From Eledone cirrhosa (Eukaryota): a DNA stretch of 64,000 nt. How positions within the stretch are numbered: the stretch's first letter is position 1; each line of letters opens with the position of its first letter. Of the stretch, positions 13,267-26,300 are shown piece after piece. The stretch lies in contig OZ024749.1 in the NCBI GenBank assembly GCA_964016885.1, forward strand, positions 15,562,001 to 15,626,000. Direction: 5' to 3'. Under the pieces are notes generated by a model. The model was not told where the DNA came from, searched no databases, and saw only the letters and a program-made list of their open reading frames with translations. Made by a program: the position numbers and the translations under genes.

Positions 13267-13939
13267 AATATGGTTTTATAAATATAGTTTCCATTTATTT
13301 AATATCATTGTATATATATATATATATGTATATATATGTATATATATATGTATATATATGTATATATATGTATATATATGTATATATATGTATATATATG
13401 TATATATATGTATATATATGTATATATATGTATATATATATATATGTATGTATATATATATATATATATGTATATATATGTATATATATATATGTATATA
13501 TATGTATATATATATATGTATATATATGTATATATATGTATGTATATATATATATATATGTATGTATATATATATATATATGTATATATATATGTATATA
13601 TATATGTATGTATATATATATGTTATGTCAGGTCACCACTTGGTGCTACTGGTAACATGTATCCCAGTACAACCTGTCTCATGGTCGGGTCATTGGCGAC
13701 TAAACTGGCAACCCCACTAAGGTTTCTTGGTGAGGAGGGTGACTTTGGACATCCTGCAGGACTAAAAACAAAACCTGTCAAAGGGCAAAGGAGCTCTTAA
13801 GAGTCAATGGCCATCCAAAATCACTGGGAGAGATGACCCCTTAGCCTTTGTCAAGGCAGAATTCTAGGAGAAGGAAAACTCTGATATAACACCTGCAACC
13901 CTGATGGTATCCAATGATGTTGACTTGTTCTTCTTTTTG

Positions 13940-14235
13940 GTAAATATCATCTTGGTTAAGAGAGTGGGACTGGCTTTGTGCAGTGCCTTTGCTCACTATA
14001 AAAGCTTCACGGCACAGGCATTGCTTTATATCTGGAGATCTCTCTGCACTTGCCGTCACATGGTACCATGGGCCCAGCTCTATGTGTCAATAATTGTCAC
14101 AAGTGTAGTGTTTGTACCAGAGTTTTCAAGTCGCTGACTGGACTAAAAAGTCACACTCGTTCAGCGCATCGGTAGGGGTTCTCCTACATGGATATAAAGT
14201 AGTGGCCGTACTCGAAAACGAGTTGGCAGCCACCA
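13940..14235 (+). mobile_element. RTE-like LINE 3' end with terminal C2H2 zinc finger
   Basis: 14095-14175 reads [26 protein letters not shown], followed by a short 3' UTR with hairpin actcg-aaaa-cgagt and then a microsatellite. Confidence 0.55.
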
Positions 14236-14415
14236 TATATATATGTATATATGTATGTATATATATATATGTATATATATATGTATATATATATGTATAT
14301 ATATTTATATATATATGTATATATATTTATATATATATGTATATATATATGTATGTATATGTGTATATGTATATATATATATTTATATGTATATATATAT
14401 ATATATGTATATATG

Positions 14416-14510
<95 letters not shown>

Positions 14511-14513
14511 GTG

Positions 14514-14634
<121 letters not shown>

Positions 14635-14763
14635 GTATATATATATGTATATATATATGTATATATATATATATATGTATATGTATATATATATGTATAT
14701 ATATATATATGTATATGTATATATATGTATATGTATATATATATGTATATGTATATATATATG

Positions 14764-14796
<33 letters not shown>

Positions 14797-14997
14797 GTAT
14801 GTATATATATATATATATGTATATATATATGTATATATATATGTATATATATATGTATGTATATATATATGTATATATGTATGTATATATATATATGTAT
14901 ATATATATGTATATATATATATGTATATATATATGTATATATATATATGTATATATATTTATATATATATGTATATATATTTATATATATATGTATA

Positions 14998-15031
<34 letters not shown>

Positions 15032-15083
15032 TATATATATATATATATGTGTATATATATATATATATGTGTATATATATATA

Positions 15084-15114
<31 letters not shown>

Positions 15115-15210
15115 GTGTATATATATATATATATGTGTGTATATATATATATATGTGTATATATATATATATGTGTGTATATGGATATATATATGTGTAT
15201 ATGTATATAT

Positions 15211-15260
<50 letters not shown>

Positions 15261-15487
15261 GTATATGTATATATATATATATGTATATGTATATATATGT
15301 ATATGTATATGTATATATATGTATATGTATATATATGTATATGTATATGTATATATATGTATATGTATATGTATATATATGTATATGTATATGTATATAT
15401 ATATATGTATATGTATATATATGTATATATATATATATATATGTATATATATGTATATATATATATATATATATGTATATGTATATA

Positions 15488-15529
<42 letters not shown>

Positions 15530-15553
15530 AATATGTATATGTATATATATGTG

Positions 15554-15584
<31 letters not shown>

Positions 15585-15643
15585 GTATATGTATATATAT
15601 GTATATGTATATATATGTATATATATGTATATGTATATATATG

Positions 15644-15675
<32 letters not shown>

Positions 15676-15896
15676 AATGGAATAAATGAAACAAAATTTC
15701 ATTTCCCACTCTTAGTACGGCTGTTACTTAAATATAAGTATGTACACGTACATACATATATGTATACAGACGTACAGTAGTATGTATATATATATACATA
15801 CATGCACACATATATATATATGTACGTATGGATTCACCGAACACTTATTATAATGCTCGGTGTGTTTGTAAACAAACATCCCGTATTAAGCCGTAG

Positions 15897-15979
15897 TGTC
15901 TAGCAACCACCGTTGCTCGTTTGTTCAACACTGACAAAGGAACAGTGTTGAACAAACGAGCAACGACGGTTGCTGGACA
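15897..15979. repeat. Fold-back palindrome (37-bp arms)
   Basis: tgtctagcaacc..cgttgctcgtttgttcaacactg / cagtgttgaacaaacgagcaacg..ggttgctggaca. Confidence 0.85.
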
Positions 15980-15998
15980 GTGATCATGTGATCAAATA

Positions 15999-16064
15999 TA
16001 TTTTATTATACATATTTCAGAGGTAATGAGCTATTTCAAAAGTACGTCCTCATCAGATAAAATA
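15999..16064 (-). ncRNA. Minimal type I hammerhead ribozyme motif
   Basis: TATTTTAT-CTGATGA-GGACGTA...TACCTCT-GAAA-TATGTATA-ATAAAATA. Confidence 0.6.
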
Positions 16065-16167
16065 AGTTGATGCTTGACATACCTTGACTATGTTGATGGT
16101 TACATTTCAGTACTGCCATGACTGAATTGTAACCATCAACATAGTTAAGGTATGTCAAGCATCAACT

Positions 16168-16233
16168 TATTTTATCTGATGAGGACGTACTGTTGAAATA
16201 GCTCAGTACCTCTGAAATATGTATAATAAAATA
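16168..16233 (+). ncRNA. Minimal type I hammerhead ribozyme motif
   Basis: TATTTTAT-CTGATGA-GGACGTACTG ttgaaatagct CAGTACCTCT-GAAA-TATGTATA-ATAAAATA. Confidence 0.7.
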
Positions 16234-16334
16234 TATTTGATCACATGAATGTCTATATTTATTAATATTTTGAAGTAATATTAATATATTGGAAAATGTG
16301 TGAAATCCTTTGCACAGTTAGGTATATTTAAAAA

Positions 16335-16502
16335 AAAGGAAAATAATTACTTCACTGTAATTCTAAATAAATTAATTTGATTTTATGATATTATAATTTT
16401 ACAATTTAGTTTTGTAGATCTACAAAACCAGATTGTAAAATTATAATATTATAAAATTAAATTAAATTATTTAGAACTACAGTGAAGTCATTATTTTCCT
16501 TT
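16335..16502. repeat. AT-rich loopless palindrome centred on AGATCT
   Basis: aaaggaaaataattacttcactgta...gttttgtaga|tctacaaaac...tacagtgaagtcattattttccttt. Confidence 0.85.
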
Positions 16503-16604
16503 ATATATATATATATATATATATATATCATCGTCAACGTTTAACGTCCGTGTTCCACGCTTGCATGGGTTTGGACGGGGGTATTCCCACTTGAGGCAAG
16601 AGTG

Positions 16605-16647
<43 letters not shown>

Positions 16648-16760
16648 CCAAAGATTAATATGGTTCGTTGATTACTCAATGAATACAATTTAAGAATACA
16701 ACACTGCCAATACTGGAATTGTATAATCAAGACCGTAGCGGTATGTCATATATCAAATCA

Positions 16761-16832
16761 TATATTTTATCTGATGAAGACGTACTGAAAAAACAACACA
16801 GTACCTTTGAAATATATATATAATAAAGTATA
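16761..16832 (+). ncRNA. Minimal type I hammerhead ribozyme motif, solitary, about 110 nt upstream of the exon-1 acceptor
   Basis: TATATTTTAT-CTGATGA-AGACGTACTG aaaaaacaaca CAGTACCTTT-GAAA-TATATATATA-ATAAAGTATA. Confidence 0.7.
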
Positions 16833-16989
16833 TATTTTGATTATGTGAATATCCTTCATTTGTTAATATTTTGAATAATATATATATATACATATATATA
16901 TATATATGTGTCTGTGTGTATATAAATGATCTCATCTATTTCAGGGAGTGGTCGGAAAAGGAGTTGAATATTTATAAAAACGACGAAGA

Positions 16990-17373
16990 ATGGCGAAATG
17001 TTTTGAATTCCTTTCAAACGTCAGCCTTGGATTTCTCTTCTTCATCTACATTATATGTTTACCATGGAGGGTTCAATCCAGGGATGGAATAACGCCACCA
17101 CCGAGGAAGTCCGACGACAGACCTATTGTAGCGAATGGACGGGTATATTACCTGGATTACATACCCAAACGATGTCATACCCCGATTATAACGAAGTACC
17201 CGTTCGGAGGACGAGTGACAGCTCCGCGGGCTTTAATGAAGAAGGATAGCCCTCACAAGATCAAAGGATCCATACAAATAGCCCCCAGTGGTTGTCTATA
17301 TATTGAACCAGGCTGTCGGCTCGAGTTCGCACCCGGTGAAGGACTTATTGTCAATGGTACCCTTATTGCTAGA
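16990..17373 (+). CDS. bark: bark-like coding exon 1 (signal peptide; acceptor at 16944, so 16945-16989 is 5' UTR)
   Basis: TTTCAG acceptor ending 16944; ATG 16990 MAKCFEFLSNVSLGFLFFIYIICLPWRVQS...IEPGCRLEFAPGEGLIVNGTLIAR; donor AGA|GTGAGT; phase 0. Confidence 0.85.
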
Positions 17374-20300
17374 GTGAGTAATATATATAAACCTTGCTTA
17401 TTTCATGTCGTTGTTGTTGTTGTTGTTGTATTGTGATTATATTTATATGGTGATGATGGTGGGATTTCTGGCGTTTCCATAGCGAGATTAATGTGTGTGT
17501 GTGTATGTTGTATGTGTATGTGTGTGCATGTATGTATGAATGTATGTGTGTGTGTGTGTGTATATGTTGTATGTACGTATGTGTGTGTATGTATGCATGC
17601 GTTGTATGTATATGTGTGGATGTATGTGTTATATGTATGTATGTATGTTCTTCTGGTTTTATAATTTCACAAAGTTTTACCAATAGAGAAAGAGTGGGTT
17701 TCTAACAGACACAAGACTCTCTCATTGGAGTTTACACAACATCAACTAGGTAGATATGTATGTATGTATGTATGCATACATGTGTAGATATGGATGTTAT
17801 TGTATGTGTGGATGTGGATGTTTTGAGTTGTATGTGTGCATGTGTATATGCTTTGTATCTGTACATGTGTATATGCAGTTATTAGATGCAACATTTTTGG
17901 AATGTTTTACATATTTTTACTGTTCCATTAATGGATTGTACTTGTAATTTCCTAACTAGTTGTGTTCTTTCTGTTCCTGTGAAGCCTAGCTTCTCAAGAT
18001 TTGTATTGAGGCAGTTACTAATACCCCAGTGCCCCAATAATCACAGGCATAAATCTGAAGATGTAATCAGGGTGGAATATCTGCAGACTTCTCATCAGTT
18101 CTGCATAAATATTTGATATTATATTGGCATCTGCTGTAGGTACATATGTATGTATGTACATGTGTATGTGTGTACGTACGTATGTATGTGTGTACATATG
18201 TGTGTTTGTATGTATGATAGATGTGCGTGTGTACCTATATCTATATATGTCCGTCTATCTGGAGACTATATTACTAAATAACATAAGAGAACTCCTATAA
18301 GATGTAATCTCTTAGCAGCTCAGCTAAACCTACATTAGGTGTGAGCTATAAATTACATTTTATTTTCTATCTATCTCTTATATGTAGCTATCTCCCCCCC
18401 CCACCCCAGGGCCGGATTTAATGGAGGAGGGGTGGGATGCTCCTGCAGTGAGGGCCCCTACCAGAGACGGCCTTAACAATTTATTTGTGCCATCTGCTGG
18501 TTGGAATTTTTTAATTTAATACCTGTATGTATAACATTTCAATTCCAATTACTTGCGCTAATCTAACTTTGATATGTAAACTTGGGGGGTGGGGGAGTGT
18601 ATTCTAATTTTTTTATGTATGAGGGGACTCCCAAGCCTAAATTGCCCCGTGCCCCACAAGGTCTAAATCCTACCCTGTCCCTCCCTCTCTAATAATTCAA
18701 ATACTATTGGTGTTTAGCCCCAGGCCAGCCTAACCCAAATCCTGCACACACACACATTATCAAAATCTTTGAGCTGTATTGGTGTGTATCTAGGACAACA
18801 TTTCCAATATGTTCTTGTTTTAAGATATCAGTCGGGGACCTGTGGAGAAACTGGCTGTTATTTCTAGCAAATTGACTGACCACATAGACGTTCTTTCGTT
18901 GGTTCTGCTGTGAAATAGTTGACATCTCCACTGTTGCTAACAACCTGAACAGAATTCTCTACAGTTGCTAATGACATCAACGACCTTAACTGAGGTCTCA
19001 GCATTGTTGCTAACCTGTTTACAGCGGACACAGAGGTCTCTTCGGATGTTAGTGACCTCAACGACCAATAGAGGTCTCTGCATTGTTGCCAACGCCTCCT
19101 AGTTCTCTGCATTGTTGCCACCCCCCCGCCCTCCCATGCCTCTGCTGTTGCACCCCCCACCCCCCAAGCCTCTGCTGTTGCTAACGCCCATGGGTCACTA
19201 TTGTTGATAAGGATGCTAGTTTTTTAAATTATTGTTGCTAACGCTCCCCCCCAATTTCTCTGTTGTTGCTAACATCCCCCAGGTCTCTGCTGTTGTTAAG
19301 GACCCTCTCTTTATTGTTGCTGACGAAACCAACAACCAATAGGGGTCTCTACTTGTTGTTAATGACCCCCAATAGCCAGCAGAGGTTTTTAGTGTTGCTA
19401 ACCATCCAACAGACAATACTTTCACTCATCATCATCATCATCATCATTTAACGTCCATGTTTTCATGCTAGCATGGGTTAGATGAGTTGCCCCGTTGTGA
19501 GACAAGCCAGGTCAGGTGACCATGTCTTGCTCATACAGAACTGTTGCTCACAAAAAACAGACTTTTCAATGTGAACTATCAACAGTCATGTATTCTTCAC
19601 CACCCCACCCCACCCTGTTATCAACTCAGGGCATCAATAAATATATACCAGTCATATACTGGTATTGATATAATCAACAGTATTTCCCTCCCCCACATAC
19701 ATGTATATCATCAGTCCCCTGACTTCTGTAGTCGTTGGCAGGGGGGGGGGGGGGGATCCGAATGCAGAAGCAGCACACATTCACAATAGTCTATCAATGA
19801 CAGCCACCAGCAAATCTGGTGTAGTCATGTGTGTCCAACCAGTTTTTGCCATGGTGTTGCCTCCTGTGTCCACTTTCAATGGTGCCTTGCATGATGACAT
19901 CATTACCGTTTTTACGTCTGTTCTTCCAAGCTAACATGGGTTAGACGGGTTGTCCTGATGTGGGCAGTGTCCAGTCAGCTGACCTTGTCTTGCTCATACG
20001 GGAACTGATTCTGGCTTGTGTATGTATATCATTATCATTGTTTTACATCCATTCTCCTTGTTGCCATGGTTGGGTGGGTTATTATGTTTTAAGATCTGGT
20101 AGATCAGATGACCACATCTTTCTCATACGTTCCAATTAGGCATGGTTTTCTATGGCTGAATACCCTTCATAGTGCCAACCACTTTATCATGATTCTGGCA
20201 CTACCACTTTACAGAGTGTACTGGGAGTATTTTATCATGACACCAGCAGCACCACGTTACAGAGTGGACTGGGTATATTTTATCTTGGCAATGGCACTAC

Positions 20301-23300
20301 CACTTTACAGAGTGTACTGGGAGTATTTTATCATGACACCAGCAGCACCACATTACAGAGTGGACTGGGTATATTTTATCTTGGCAATGGCACTACCACT
20401 TTACAGAGTGGACTGGGTGTATTTTATCATGACACCAGCACTACCACTTTACAGAGTGGACTGGGTGTATTTTATCATGACACCAGCTCTACCATTTTAC
20501 AGAGTGGACTGGGTGTATTTTATCATGACACCAGCACTACCATTTTACAGAGTGGACTGGGTGTATTTTATCATGACACCAGCTCTACCACTTTACAGAG
20601 TGGACTGGGTGTATTTTATCATGGCACTGACATTACCACTTTACAGAGTAGACTGGGTGTATTTTATCATGGCACTGACATTACCACTTTACAGAGTGGA
20701 CTGGGTGTATTTTATCATGACACTGGCACTACCACTTTACAGAGTGGACTGGGTGTATTTTATCACGACACCAGCAGCAGCACTTTACAGAGTGGACTGG
20801 GTGTATTTTATCATGACACCAGCACTACCACTTTACAGAGTGGACTGGGTGTATTTTATCATGACACCAGCACTACCACTTTACAGAGTGGACTGGGTGT
20901 ATTTTATCATGACACCAGCTCTACCATTTTACAGAGTGGACTGGGTGTATTTTATCATGACACCAGCACTACCACTTTACAGAGTGGACTGGGTGTATTT
21001 TATCATGACACCAGCTCTACCACTTTACAGAGTGGACTGGGTGTATTTTATCATGACACCAGCTCTACCACTTTACAGAGTGGACTGGGTGTATTTTATC
21101 ATGACACCAGCTCTACCATTTTACAGAGTGGACTGGGTGTATTTTATCATGACACCAGCTCTACCACTTTACAGAGTGGACTGGGTGTATTTTATCATGA
21201 CACCAGCTCTACCATTTTACAGAGTGGACTGGGTGTATTTTATCATGACACCAGCACTACCATTTTACAGAGTGGACTGGGTGTATTTTATCATGACACC
21301 AGCTCTACCACTTTACAGAGTGGACTGGGTGTATTTTATCATGACACCAGCTCTACCATTTTACAGAGTGGACTGGGTGTATTTTATCATGACACCAGCT
21401 CTACCACTTTACAGAGTGGACTGGGTGTATTTTATCATGACACCAGCTCTACCATTTTACAGAGTGGACTGGGTGTATTTTATCATGACACCAGCTCTAC
21501 CACTTTACAGAGTGGACTGGGTGTATTTTATCATGACACCAGCTCTACCACTTTACAGAGTGGACTGGGTGTATTTTATCATGACACCAGCTCTACCACT
21601 TTACAGAGTGGACTGGGTGTATTTTATCATGACACCAGCTCTACCACTTTACAGAGTGGACTGGGTGTATTTTATCATGACACCAGCTCTACCACTTTAC
21701 AGAGTGAGTAATTTCTATATAATTTAACCTTATACAGGGCAGTGAAGAACATGGTGGAAGGATTGTATTTACAAAGGATCGGGATTATGAAAATATCAAA
21801 GAGCCAGAACGACCATGGAGGGAAGATGCTCGTCTTGTTGATGGCAACTCGACCATGGATGGTCGGCTACAGTTGTCGTATAGACAGAAGTGGCGTGGTG
21901 TTTGTACCAACTATAACAAGTAAGTAATTGTGGTGGTGTGGTGGTGTGGTGGTAGTGGTGTGGTGGTGGTGGTGGTAGTGGTGTGGTGGTAGTGGTGTAG
22001 TGGTGGTGTCGTATAGACAGAAGTGGCGTGGTGTTTGTACCAACTATAACAAGTAAGTAATTGTGGTGGTGTGGTGGTGGTGGTGGTAGTGGTGTGGTGG
22101 TAGTGGTGTAGTGGTGGTGTTGTATAGACAGAAGTGGGGTGGTGTTTGTACCAACTATAACAAGTAAGTAATTGTGGTGGTGTGGTGGTGTGGTGGTAGT
22201 GGTGTGGTGGTAGTGGTGTGGTGTTTGTACCAACTATAGCAAGTAAGTAATTGTGGTGGTGTGGTGGTGTGGTGGTAGTGGTGTGGTGGTAGTGGTGTGG
22301 TGTTTGTACCAACTATAGCAAGTAATTATATTATCGTAGTGGTGGTGGTGGTGTGGTGTGGAAAGAAGTGGTTGGGTATAATTATGTTGTGGTGTGGTGG
22401 TAGTGTGCTGGTGGTGCAGTAACAGTGGTGAGGCTGTAGTGTTGTGAAGTGGTGATGTAGTGATGGTGTGGTGGTATGGTGTAGTGGTTGTATGTGATGT
22501 AGTGGTGTGGGGTAGCAGTGGTAGTGGTGTGGTGTTGTAAATAAATGGAAAACAACACAACAATATGATACAGTACAGTGGAAATATATATTAGTCTAAT
22601 GCTTGATATAGTAGGAAAAAATGTCTTAACGTTTCGGCCACTGGTCCTTCATCAGAAAGTAGAATGATAAATTAAAGAAGAAATAGAAATATTGAGGAGA
22701 GTGAGAAACAAAGAAACAGAAAAACATCTTGTGTGTGTTCAGTTAGCCATATATCATCATCAATGTTTTTACATCCATTTTTCCATGCTTGCATGGGTTG
22801 GATGGGTCCTTCTCAACACAGTATCTTTCCATTTGTCACATTCCTTCGTCATCTCCTCTGCCTGTCTTAGAGATTTGAGGTCAGCTATATAAAGTCTAAA
22901 GTCTGTTTTGAGCTTGGAGGCACATCAGGCCAGTGCTTATCTCGGTTTCAGTGGCATGAAGTGACTGAAATTAAAAGACTGCCCCCTGGACAGGACGCTA
23001 GTTAAACCCCCAGTTATTTCTGGTACTCATTTTCAGCTGAGTATACTGGAGCAATGTGAAATGAAGTGTGTTGCTTAAGAACACAACACAACCCTGTCCA
23101 GGAAACGAACCCGTGACATTATTTATATTTTGCTCCAGGGTCATAAATCATGACCCTGAATCCACAATCCAACCCATGTACACCACACAATTATGACCCA
23201 TGACGCACCCAAAACTCCTAACCCATACATATTTACCTTCCTCTTGATATCCATTCTTCTTCTCACAGTTTTACCAAAGAAGATGCAAATGTGACCTGTC

Positions 23301-26300
23301 GTCACTTGGGGTTTTACCATGGCAACTTTACCTACCACTCCTTCTCTCAGAACCTATCTGATTACCTCCTGTTTGAGAGACCCAACTGTACAGGGAGTGA
23401 GGATTCCCTCACAGACTGTTCTGGGTGGAACTCCATCAAAACAGGATTACATATCTGTGGTAAGTTTCAATCATTCTTCACTTTCTATTGAAAATAGACA
23501 CCACCACAAACCCTCTACCAATTCTAGCATTGTGCAATGTCAACGTATGAAGTTGTATCATTTTAACCCTTTAGCATTTAAACCAGCCATATCTGGCCAG
23601 AATTCTCTCATCTCTTTCTGTTCAAACTGGCTGTAACTAGCAGCTCATACCGATGTTACGGTATTGTTCTCAAAATAAATAACATCAAACTCTCATAGAT
23701 TCGATATTATGTGAGAGAAAACCTTTACCATGAAAATACAATAGTAAATATAGAGTAATGTAAATGCTAAAGGGTTAATGACATGTAATTCTGTGATTTT
23801 TAATGGTATATAATTGTCACAGTGTAATTTTAATGGTATATAATGGTATATAGATGTATCACATTCTTTAATTCTTATGGAATGTAATTGTGTCACATTG
23901 TATAATATTAATGGTATATGAATATATGATTAATTTTAATTGAACATAATTGTGCCACATTGTGTAATTTTAATGGTATACAAATGTGTCATATTTTATA
24001 ATTTGAATGGCATCTGATTGTGTTATGCTGTATGATTTGAACGAAATTTGCACAATTTTAATGGTATGTAACTGAAGAATTGTATAATTTTAATGCTATA
24101 TAAATTCACACAGATACATATATACATATATATGACAAGCTTCCACTCATTTTCCAGCTAACAAAATTTAATTCACAAGGCATTAACCAATGCACACACA
24201 CATACACACATGCACACACACATATAGTCTGGAACTAGCTTTTGAAATGGCAAGCACTCAACCGATTCCTTATAATATAAACATACTCAACTGCCACAAG
24301 TCTGAAGTCAATTCTTCCTCTATATCTCTTTCTCGCTCTCTCTGTCAATCTCTGGAAGAAATCTGCTGTATTCAGATCTGGAGAGGAGATGGGCTCTGTC
24401 AGGTTTTAAAACTTCCTTGGAAACGCTGTATGTCAATATGGCACCCCTACAACTCCCTCAAGAGTTAGGGGACCATGCGCATGCACACACGCATGCACGC
24501 ACGCATGCATGCACATGACATACACACATGCATGTGTGTGTATGTATGTCATGGAAGCCACTATAACTGTTGGTGTACCTAAAAGAAATAGAAAACAAAT
24601 CTCCCTCAAACCAGATCCTACTGCCATAGAGGTAAAAGTTGGTGAAAGCTACAGTGTAAAAATTTTAATTAACCCAGGTTCTGCCACACGTTGAACCAAG
24701 GAGGGTAAACTCTTCAAATATCTGTCACTCTCCGACAGGTTTGTTGTTGAGCCCATAGCAATGGAGACTTCTAATATCCTTGGCTCTAGGGCTACCTCTC
24801 AATTCACCACCATCGGCACAGAGTTGGCTACCTACAGGTGTGAGCCGCTCAAGCCGGAATCGATTTTCCAGCATGTCTCCCTCTAAATCCTCTATTCCGA
24901 CCGCCAGGGCTGCTGGGCAGCCAGCACGCAGGCCCCCAGTTGCTCATAATACTGAGTGATGGGGAGATCGGGAGAGATGGAGGCAGTGACAGTGGGAGTT
25001 TGATTCCTGGTGTATATGTATATATAAACCATACTTACACACATTTAAATAAACTTTCCTGATTTACAGAAATGAGTAAGTAAATTCTTCATTCATTCAT
25101 AAACCAATGGTAAATTTTTATTTTATTTTATTTTATTTATGCTTTTTAAAATAGCCTTCACATTTTGTTTGAATTTCAGAGGTTCTGATTGTGCAAAAAA
25201 AAAAGGATAAACAAAATCTAAATTTATTTTTTTGGTTATGCCCTTTTCACTGACAACATACCTAATGATTCTTCCAAGTGCAAAGCATTATATATGCTGA
25301 CTGTAATAGGGAGCAGTATTAAAAAAGTCACCATTGCACAAAACTAATATTTTTGTCTACATGATGTGTTTTAAACAAACGGCAATAAATATTCTGCTAT
25401 AATTCCTACTTTAGTTAAAATTCAGCAATCATATTTCAATGGTCAAATATTGTAACTTTAATAAAATACCTGAGAATCACCGGGTAGCTCGGCTAGTATA
25501 TTTATAAACCAACAACAAAAAGCTGGGCTGGAAGATACGCTGTAAATTTTAATTCCATGAAATCACTATACTTATTTCCAAATTCCAATTATGATGCAAG
25601 ACAGGACGATCTCATCAGGTAATTTCGACAGAATTACATAACAGGGTTATGTTAAACCCAATCTTATCATGGAAGATAGGGAAATGAGAATAAGAAATTG
25701 ACCTGGTGACTGCCTGTAAAGAACTGTTGCTGTGTGAGAAGGCAGCCCTATATATATATATCAATGATATTAATAAATGGAAACTATATTTATCCTATTA
25801 TATATATTTCAAGGGTACCAAAATTTTGGTACGCTCTCATCAGATAAAATACAAAGTTTGTTTTATAAATATTGACATATCCAGGAAGAAGATCTTAACG
25901 GTTCAAGTTTTTCCTGGATAGGAATCAGTTATAAATATATATATTTGTTGAATTACCAACAAATTAAATATCCCTTTTGCTTATATATATATATAGTTCA
26001 AGGAAACGACAAAAGAAAGGTAGAAAAAGTCTTATTAATTTCATGTTTTATATAGAAATGGGGAAAGAAGGGCTAGAGCCTAACATGTTGAACTTTAGCC
26101 CTTCTTCAGGAGTACAACAATAGAGACAGGATCACAAAGGATAGGTACAGAAATAAAATGTAGTCCATAGTAAAAAAAAAACGAAAATAATATATATATA
26201 TTCCCTCATCAAATGGAACAAAACCGTCTGACCCATGCTAGCGTGGAAGATGGACGTTAAACGATGATGATGATGATATATATATATTTATACACTCACT

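Larger units (their letters stand above)
12975..13310. repeat. 336-bp fold-back palindrome with a hammerhead motif in each arm
   Basis: About 160-bp arms caatgatattaaataaatgg... / ...ccatttatttaatatcattg with few mismatches; explains the mirror ORFs 13026(-) and 13056(+). Confidence 0.92.
15984..16248. repeat. 265-bp fold-back palindrome with a hammerhead motif in each arm
   Basis: tcatgtgatcaaatata... / ...tatatttgatcacatga, about 128-bp arms. Confidence 0.92.

Noticed and set aside
20108-21727. 539-aa ORF of repeated MTPALPLYRVDWVYFI
   Set aside because: A 45-bp satellite derived from a dispersed repeat inside intron 1; the open frame follows from a stop-free unit whose length is divisible by 3.
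26075-26115. Minus-strand CTGAAGAAGGGC hammerhead candidate
   Set aside because: The GAAA core is missing; at best a decayed relic.
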